Shown here one piece after another: positions 8,262-13,817 of a stretch of 13,817 nucleotides of DNA. Source of the DNA: Planctomycetota bacterium (lineage in GTDB: Bacteria > Planctomycetota > SZUA-567 > H5-PLA8); contig BTVV01000148.1 of the NCBI GenBank assembly GCA_045863855.1, positions 1 through 13,817 of the forward strand. Reading direction: 5' to 3'. Position 1 is the stretch's first letter; each line of letters starts with the position of its first letter. The translations under genes were made by a program, and so were the position numbers. The notes beneath the pieces were generated by a model. It saw only the letters and a program-made list of their open reading frames with translations, was not told the DNA's origin and searched no databases.

Positions 8262-8954
8262 TTACCTCTCGCTCGCCACCGCGCCCGCCAGCACCCGCAC
8301 CGCATACCCGCAGCTCAAGCTCCGGCCCGTCGCCGGATCGTGCAGCTCCGCGCGGAAGCGCCCCGCGTATCGCATCGTTCCCTTCAGCACCGGGACGGTC
8401 CCGCCGAAGAGCACCAGGCCCTCCGTCGCGCCGGCGCGAGCCAGCAGGTCTTCGGGCGGGCGCAGCAGGCTCAGCGTGCCTTGTTGGTAAAGCTCTTCGG
8501 GCCCGTCGCCCTCCTGCACGAAGCTGCGCAGCACCAGTTCGTCCCAGCGCGAACGCAGATCCGTCAGCCGCCAGACGTTCGTACCCGCGATTTTGGGGCA
8601 GACCTGCTTGGATTGCAGAATGTCGTGCCGCTCCAGACCCCGGTCGGTGTGATCGCTCCCGACGCCGACGTAAATCTCCTTCTGCGCGACGAAAAAGACC
8701 GCCTCGGCCTCGCCCGAAGTCCGCGCGCTGACCACCTCGATCTCCGCGCCCGTGCTCAGATTCCGCGCGGGCACCGGCATGATCAGCGGGATCTGCGCTG
8801 GCGGCGGCACGCCTTCGTGCTCCAGCTCTTCGATATGCGCGCGCACCGCCGCTTCGTTGCGCCCGCTGTACCCGGCGCAGATCAGCCGGCGCACGGTGAA
8901 GGCCCGCGGAGCGGGGCACGGCTCGGCGTGGACTTGCAGCGAAAGCAACGTCAT
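8262..8954 (-). CDS. DUF2848 family protein (FAH-like fold), 230 aa
   Basis: ATG 8954 overlaps the cupin TGA (ATGA). Signature segments are ICAGYSGRNEAAVRAHIEEL..GVPPP, TSGEAEAV, VGVGSDHTDRGLE..SKQVCPK, YQQGTL and LFGGTVP. Confidence 0.88.
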   Translation of the reverse strand: MTLLSLQVHAEPCPAPRAFTVRRLICAGYSGRNEAAVRAHIEELEHEGVPPPAQIPLIMPVPARNLSTGAEIEVVSARTSGEAEAVFFVAQKEIYVGVGSDHTDRGLERHDILQSKQVCPKIAGTNVWRLTDLRSRWDELVLRSFVQEGDGPEELYQQGTLSLLRPPEDLLARAGATEGLVLFGGTVPVLKGTMRYAGRFRAELHDPATGRSLSCGYAVRVLAGAVASER

Positions 8955-9316
8955 GAACGCTTCTCCCCAGGCTCGAAGTAGTGGATCTCGAAGAGCAGGC
9001 AGCCGCCTTCGCTCTTGAACGGCCCGTGCGGCGTGCCCGGCGGGCGCACCGCGTACGTGAACGGCTCGAAGCGTTCGCCGCCCACGCTCAGGTCGCCCTG
9101 CACCAGGAATACCTCTTCCCAGTACGTGTGCTCGAACGGAAGCGTCGTGAACGCGCCCGGCGCGAAGCGCAAGAGCCGCGTGCGACAGCCGTAGCGCCGC
9201 GATTCGTCCAGCGATCCGGCCAGCCGCTTCTCTTCGATCCCCGGTGGATAGCCCGGCGGCGGCGACCATCCCCCGCTCAGATCGACCGTGAAGAACTCCA
9301 GGTGTTCCTTCAACAC
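8951..9316 (-). CDS. ChrR-like cupin domain protein (121 aa)
   Basis: GTG start after AAAGGA. Cupin motifs are TRLLRFAPGAFT..FEHTYWEEVFLVQGDL and YAVRPPGTPHGPFKS, with His/Glu/His as candidate metal ligands. Confidence 0.88.
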   Translation of the reverse strand: MLKEHLEFFTVDLSGGWSPPPGYPPGIEEKRLAGSLDESRRYGCRTRLLRFAPGAFTTLPFEHTYWEEVFLVQGDLSVGGERFEPFTYAVRPPGTPHGPFKSEGGCLLFEIHYFEPGEKRS

Positions 9317-9329
9317 GGCTTTTGTCCTT

Positions 9330-10277
9330 TCAGGCCAGGCCGAAATGCCGGCGCAGGAAATCCAGTTCGCTCTCGTACGGCGTCGGCGTGTCCTTCGTCA
9401 CCAGCGTGCACTCCAGCCCCAGCGCGTCGTAGCGTTCCTTCAGCAGCTTCCCGTGATTTGGATGGTGAATATCCCCGGTCGTGTCGGACAGGGACATGCG
9501 GTAGCTTGTGTACAGCGGCGGAGCGTTCGAGCGCAGATGCGTGATCGCCGCCGAGTCGATCATCTTCCAATTGGCTTCAGGCGGCGGATCCAGGATCTGA
9601 TCCGGCGTGATCCCGAAGAGCGGCGGCAGGCACGGATTCTTGTACGCGTCCCCGGGCAGGTGAATCTTGACGAAGCGCGGATCGTAACTGCACTGACCCT
9701 GGTAGACCACGAGGCACGTCAGGCGCGTCGACTCCCGCGCCACCGGATCGGTGCTATGCGGATCCGCCCTATCGTCGCGGAAGCCGATCCACATGCTGAT
9801 CCCCGCGCCGGCCGATCCGCCCGCCGCCGCGAAGCGCGTGGCGTCCAGGTTCCATTCGCGCGCCTTCGAGCGCAGGAACTGCACCGCGCGCGCGCCGTCT
9901 TCCATCGGCGCCGGATACGTCACCTCCGGCGTCAGGCGGTAGTGAATCGAAGCCAGCGAGATCCCCGAATCGAGCAGCCGCTTGGAAGGATCGCTCGACT
10001 TCATCCATTCGCGGCTGCTGGCGGCGCTCTTATCCCCGCCCTTGAATCCGCCGCCGTGGATGAAGACCAGCAGCGGTGTCGGACGGTCCGATTTCGCTTT
10101 CCAGAAATCCAGCACCTGCCGCGGATGCGGGCCGTACGGCACGTTTGCGTAATCCGGCGCCACCGCCGGCGCTTCCGTTTCCGGCTTCGGACTCGCCGGC
10201 GCGGCGACGCCCGCGTCGGGAACGACCCGCGCGATAAGCAGCATCAGCAGGGTCATGCAGAGTATCGTGACGATCAT
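9330..10277 (-). CDS. Alpha/beta hydrolase, HSL-type / BD-FAE-like esterase, probably exported (315 aa)
   Basis: Motifs are NVPYGPHPRQVLD, PLLVFIHGGGFKGGDK (oxyanion hole), SIHYRLTP, AAGGSAGAG (nucleophile elbow) and IHHPNHG (candidate catalytic His). The N-terminus is hydrophobic. Confidence 0.9.
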   Translation of the reverse strand: MIVTILCMTLLMLLIARVVPDAGVAAPASPKPETEAPAVAPDYANVPYGPHPRQVLDFWKAKSDRPTPLLVFIHGGGFKGGDKSAASSREWMKSSDPSKRLLDSGISLASIHYRLTPEVTYPAPMEDGARAVQFLRSKAREWNLDATRFAAAGGSAGAGISMWIGFRDDRADPHSTDPVARESTRLTCLVVYQGQCSYDPRFVKIHLPGDAYKNPCLPPLFGITPDQILDPPPEANWKMIDSAAITHLRSNAPPLYTSYRMSLSDTTGDIHHPNHGKLLKERYDALGLECTLVTKDTPTPYESELDFLRRHFGLA

Positions 10278-10317
10278 CTTGGACGCCTCGCTTTCTTGGA
10301 AGGCCCCTAACCTCGCT

Positions 10318-11259
10318 TCAAGGTTTCTTGAACAGCCACGCTTTCGTGACCGGATCGGCGCTCAGGAAAGCCCAATACTTCTCGACGAATATCGCCAGCG
10401 CCTTCGGCGACGGGTGTACGCCGTCGGCGAAATAGGATCGATCCCACGTGTTGTCCCAGATGTACGGACCCCATTGCAGCCAGGGAAGCTTCCGTCCCGG
10501 GCCCGCGAAGGCCGCGGCCGGATCGCCTTTAAGCTGGCTTTCGATCAACCACTTGAAAGCGAACGCCTCGCGCCAGACGTGCGGTTCCTGCCCCGTGAAG
10601 TGCCGGAAACCGTCGCAGGTGAGGTAGCAGAGCTTCAAGTTCGGATAAGTCGCGGCGCAGCGCCCCAGCACCGTGGCCAGATCGCTCTGCATCTTTTGCA
10701 TCTCGCCCGGGAACGGGCCGGCCGGTTGGTTGCCTTTGTTGTTCGCGCCGTGATACGTGGTGTGCAGGAACAGCACCTGCACCTGCAAGGGCGAGTAGCC
10801 CGGGCGCTTGACTTGGTTGTTCAGCAAGGTCCAGACCCTGCCCTGCTCGTTCATCAGTTGCGGAAGCTGGTTGCCGCTGACGGCCCCGTTGAGCAACTCG
10901 AAGCGCGGATGAAGTTCGGCCTGCTTCGATTCCAGGTGCCGGCCCAAGGCCGTGAAGTACTGTTTGCAGTTCGAATGCCCCGCGACGAGCGCGAGGATGC
11001 GCCCGTTCGCCGCGTCGGGTTTACCGGCCTCGTCCAGCGGCTGAATCGTGGCCGCGAGCGCCTCGCCGGCTTTGCGGTGCGCCTCGGGAATCTCGTTTTT
11101 GCCGCCCGGGTACAAGCCCGTCTCGCGCCCCTCGTACGCCTCGCCCGACGTGAAAGGCTTGAGCGTAGACGGATCGAACCCGCCGCGTTCCCCCGCCGCC
11201 GAATCGCCCGCCGCCAGGACCGCCAACGCCGCAAGCAGCAGATGTAAAATCGCTCTCAT
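10318..11259 (-). CDS. Secreted uncharacterised SGNH/GDSL-like protein (paralog B, 313 aa)
   Basis: ATG 11259 follows AAAAGGGG and gives signal peptide MRAILHLLLAALAVLAAGDSAA. SGNH-like blocks are ILALVAGHSN (I), LNGAVSG (II) and ADGVHPS (V, DxxH). It aligns end to end with the C-terminal half of the upstream CDS. Confidence 0.8.
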   Translation of the reverse strand: MRAILHLLLAALAVLAAGDSAAGERGGFDPSTLKPFTSGEAYEGRETGLYPGGKNEIPEAHRKAGEALAATIQPLDEAGKPDAANGRILALVAGHSNCKQYFTALGRHLESKQAELHPRFELLNGAVSGNQLPQLMNEQGRVWTLLNNQVKRPGYSPLQVQVLFLHTTYHGANNKGNQPAGPFPGEMQKMQSDLATVLGRCAATYPNLKLCYLTCDGFRHFTGQEPHVWREAFAFKWLIESQLKGDPAAAFAGPGRKLPWLQWGPYIWDNTWDRSYFADGVHPSPKALAIFVEKYWAFLSADPVTKAWLFKKP

Positions 11260-11365
11260 TGACCGCACCCCTTTTGGTTGGCCCCAACCCCAACCCACCG
11301 CCCGTCCTAACCCACTACCGTCGCCGTTCACTGTCCGCCGTTTACTTTTCATGCCCTACCGCTTC

Positions 11366-13042
11366 CTACTTCCCCCTCACCATCCATCCCCGCGCCACCG
11401 GATCGTTCGTAAGGAAGTCCCAGTATTGCTCCACGAAATGCGCGCGTGCCTTGTCCGCCGGATGAACGCCGTCGGTGAAGTAACTCGCGTCCCACGCGTT
11501 GTCCCAGAGGTACGGTCCCCAGCTCAGCCACGGTTCCCGGCGCGCCGCGCCTTCGAACGCCGTCCCTTCCGCCCCCATCAACTGCCGCTCGATCGCCCAG
11601 CGGATCCCGAACGCCTCGCGCCACACATGCGGCTCGAAGCCCGTGTGATGCCGGAACCCGTCGGCCGTCAGGTACGCCAGCTTTAGATTCGGGCACAGTT
11701 CCGCCACGCGCCCCAGCAGCGTCTCGAGGTCGTGGCGCATCTGCTGATAGCGTGCGGGGAACGGTTCGGACGAGAAGCGGTGAATGTTCTTTGCGCCGTG
11801 GTAGGTCGTATGCAGAAAGAGCGCCTGGACCTGCTTGATCGAGTAACCCGGCCGCGCGGTGAACTCCTCGATGTTCTTCCACACCGGGCGCTTCGAGTCG
11901 TTCAGCAATTCGTGAAGCTGCTGCCCGCCGACGGCGCAGTTCAGCAGTTCGAAGCGCGGATGCAGCCGCTCGCGCTGCGTGGCCAGATGCTTTTCGAACT
12001 CAGCGAAGTACTGATTGCAGTTCGAATGCCCCATCACGATGGCCAGGATGCGCCCGTTGCGCTCGTCCACGTTCCCGTCCGCGTCCAGCGGCTGGATCGA
12101 AGCCGCCAGCCGCAGCCCCGATTCGGTGTGCACGCCCGGGCGCTGATTCGAACCGCCCGGATACAGCCCCGTCTCGTAGCGCCCCAGGTACGGCGCGCCG
12201 TCGGTGAATTTGCGCAGCGTGGACGGATCGAACGGTTCCAGCATGGTTTCGGCTCCTTGAACTACGGGGGTGGAGGCGAGCACGCGGTCGGCCAGCGCCG
12301 GGAACTCCCGCCGCGCGCGGTCCACCGCTTCGAAATCGGCTTCGGCCGTGACGAGCGCTGCTCCGGAATCGCCGGCCGCCAGCACCGCGCCCCACGGATC
12401 GACCAACTGGCTGTGCCCGGCGAGCGCGCGGCCTTCGCTTGAGCCCGTCGCGTTGCAGCTAAAAAGAAAAGCGAGGTTTTCGTGCGCGCGCGCTCGGTTA
12501 AAGAGCAGCCACGCTTCACGCCGCGCTTCGGGCCAGGCCGAGGCGACCAGGAAGCCCTTCGCGCCGCGGTCGGTCATGGCCCGGAAGAGTTCCGGGAAGC
12601 GTAAGTCGTAGCACGTCGCCAGCCCCAGCGGCCCCCACGGCGTCGGCGCCACCGCCGGCTCGCCGCCGCGGCAGAGCCGCTTCTGTTCTTCGCTGCCGTA
12701 GCCGAAAAGGTGCATCTTCCGGTAGCGCCCCAGCACCGCGCCCCCCGGACTCAAAAGCACGCTCGTGTTGTACAGACGCCCCGCATCCGACTCGACGAAG
12801 CTGCCCATGAACAGATGCAGCTTCAGCTTCCGCGCCGCATCGCTCAGCGCGCGCACCAGCGGGCCGTCCAGCGCCTCCGCGTCCGCCGCGTAACGCTCGA
12901 AAGAGAAGTAGCCGGTGGGCCAAAGCTCGGGGAGCAGCGCGAGGTCGCTGCCGCGCGCTTCGTTCAGGCGCGCCAGCGCCCGTTCCAGTGCCGCCGCCTT
13001 CGGCTCGCCCCGGCATTCAAGCGGGATGCTGGTGACGCGCAT
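11366..13042 (-). CDS. Nitrilase-superfamily carbon-nitrogen hydrolase fused in frame to an SGNH-like domain (paralog A), 558 aa; may represent two genes
   Basis: GGAGG RBS before ATG 13042. The Glu-Lys-Cys triad motifs are LLPELW, YRKMHLF and ATCYDLRFPE, and the domain ends GHSQLVDPWG...RREFPALADR. The C-terminal 292 aa from Met at 12244 carry VMGHSN, LNCAVGG and TDGVHP. Confidence 0.85.
   Translation of the reverse strand: MRVTSIPLECRGEPKAAALERALARLNEARGSDLALLPELWPTGYFSFERYAADAEALDGPLVRALSDAARKLKLHLFMGSFVESDAGRLYNTSVLLSPGGAVLGRYRKMHLFGYGSEEQKRLCRGGEPAVAPTPWGPLGLATCYDLRFPELFRAMTDRGAKGFLVASAWPEARREAWLLFNRARAHENLAFLFSCNATGSSEGRALAGHSQLVDPWGAVLAAGDSGAALVTAEADFEAVDRARREFPALADRVLASTPVVQGAETMLEPFDPSTLRKFTDGAPYLGRYETGLYPGGSNQRPGVHTESGLRLAASIQPLDADGNVDERNGRILAIVMGHSNCNQYFAEFEKHLATQRERLHPRFELLNCAVGGQQLHELLNDSKRPVWKNIEEFTARPGYSIKQVQALFLHTTYHGAKNIHRFSSEPFPARYQQMRHDLETLLGRVAELCPNLKLAYLTADGFRHHTGFEPHVWREAFGIRWAIERQLMGAEGTAFEGAARREPWLSWGPYLWDNAWDASYFTDGVHPADKARAHFVEQYWDFLTNDPVARGWMVRGK
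12242..12258 (-). promoter_or_regulatory. Internal ribosome-binding site and ATG at the nitrilase/SGNH-like domain boundary
   Basis: The minus strand reads AAGGAG (12258-12253) - 8 nt - ATG (12244-12242), in frame and exactly where homology to mature paralog B begins (FDPSTL). Confidence 0.7.
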
Positions 13043-13727
13043 GCTCGCCGCCCTCCACCAGAGCCGCGGACTCCGCGCGGCCGTCTACCAGATGCGCTTC
13101 CGTCGCCGCCAGATGCCGGCGCATCGCCAGCACCGCGCCAGCCGCGTCGCGCGCACGCAGTGCATGCAAAATTGCCGCATGTTCGCGCAGCACCTCCTGC
13201 ATGCGCCCTTCCTGTTCCAGCGCCGTGTAGCCCATCAACAGGATGCAGGCGCGAAAGTTCTCCAGCGTCGCGCGCAAAAGCCGGTTCCCGTGCTGCGCCA
13301 GCAGTGCCTGGTGAAAATCTTCGTCCGCCGCCAGAAACTGTTCGCGGTCCCGGTTGTCCGCGGCATCGGCCATGCGCCGGCCCGCCTGCTCCAACGCCTC
13401 CAGCGCCAGGTCTTCCCGAGCCGCCAGCCCCGCGACGATGTGGCACTCGATCGCTTCCCGCGCTTCGAAGAACTCCCGCACCTCGCGCCGGCTGAATCGG
13501 CGGACCTGATAGCCTCTACCTTTTAAGGGCACCAAGATGCCTTCGGCGGCCAACTGCAAGAGCGCCTCCCGTACCGGCGTCCGCGATACGCCCAGCGTGT
13601 CCGCCAACTGGTTTGCCGAATGGACGTCCTCGGCCGACAAGCGGCCGCTCAGCAGCAGGTCGCGCACGCGCCGATAGACCAAGTCTTTCAGGGTCTCGGG
13701 GCGAGCGATGGGGCGAGTGGAAGTCAT
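13017..13727 (-). CDS. GntR-family transcriptional regulator, FadR/FCD subfamily (236 aa)
   Basis: The wHTH is TLKDLVYRRVRDLLLSG...LADTLGVSRTPVREALLQLAAEG. The FCD domain includes FEAREAIE, ADEDFHQAL..GNRLL and EHAAILHAL..D...AMRRHL. AGGAAGG lies upstream of ATG 13727. The 3' end overlaps the nitrilase start by 26 nt. Confidence 0.93.
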   Translation of the reverse strand: MTSTRPIARPETLKDLVYRRVRDLLLSGRLSAEDVHSANQLADTLGVSRTPVREALLQLAAEGILVPLKGRGYQVRRFSRREVREFFEAREAIECHIVAGLAAREDLALEALEQAGRRMADAADNRDREQFLAADEDFHQALLAQHGNRLLRATLENFRACILLMGYTALEQEGRMQEVLREHAAILHALRARDAAGAVLAMRRHLAATEAHLVDGRAESAALVEGGEHARHQHPA

Positions 13728-13769
13728 GGAGCGGGTGGCCTTCCTAGCAGCGGATTTTACGAATCCGTA

Positions 13770-13797
13770 TTGCCTCTTTGCTTGCATGTAGTATACT
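13770..13797 (+). promoter_or_regulatory. Putative sigma70 promoter firing rightwards out of the window, divergent from gntR
   Basis: TTGCCT (13770-13775) - 16 nt - TATACT (13792-13797). The -10 box lies inside the palindrome. Confidence 0.5.
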
Positions 13798-13805
13798 ACA
13801 TGCAA
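13782..13805. promoter_or_regulatory. Perfect 24-bp palindrome, likely GntR operator
   Basis: TTGCATGTAGTA|TACTACATGCAA is exactly self-complementary, AT-rich in a GC-rich window, and 54 bp upstream of the gntR ATG. Its GTATAC core fits the general GntR GT..AC operator pattern. Confidence 0.8.
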
Positions 13806-13817
13806 CATGGAACGGGC

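Noticed and set aside
8955..9269. N-terminal extension of the 335-aa ORF 8262..9269
   Set aside because: It overlaps the cupin in another frame. DUF2848-like sequence begins at ATG 8954 with an ATGA overlap.
9288..11247. 340-aa and 330-aa plus-strand ORFs
   Set aside because: They are antisense shadows of the esterase and paralog B.
13728..13808. Upstream extension of the GntR ORF (likewise longer starts at 11352, 6564, 5726 and 1813)
   Set aside because: These extensions run through operator, intergenic or upstream coding sequence. The downstream starts have RBSs and give proper domain or signal-peptide N-termini.
1..13817. CRISPR array, tRNA/rRNA, integrase, phage or defence genes
   Set aside because: I saw no regularly spaced direct repeats, cloverleaf motifs, or nuclease/recombinase signatures by eye. 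The VWA gene has no kinase, phosphatase or MoxR partner in view.

Overview
This is a GC-rich bacterial window; the secreted HEAT-like, VIT-VWA-type and BD-FAE-like proteins suggest Planctomycetota or a similar lineage (inference only). It holds 11 credible CDSs. The left half carries a 5'-truncated VWA (inter-alpha-trypsin-inhibitor-like) protein, a secreted HEAT-like/Ig-like hypothetical protein, a 99-bp MITE-like hairpin, a large secreted clan GH-A (GH5-like) glycoside hydrolase, a small membrane protein and an MscS channel with a cNMP-binding domain. The right half is a tight minus-strand operon: GntR/FCD regulator, then a nitrilase-superfamily hydrolase fused in frame to an uncharacterised SGNH-like domain, a secreted paralog of that domain, an HGGG-type alpha/beta hydrolase, a ChrR-like cupin and a DUF2848 protein. 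A perfect 24-bp palindrome with a -10 box on each strand lies upstream. This operon is the best candidate for an undescribed system. The nitrilase-SGNH fusion depends on one base in a C5 run and retains its own internal RBS/ATG.
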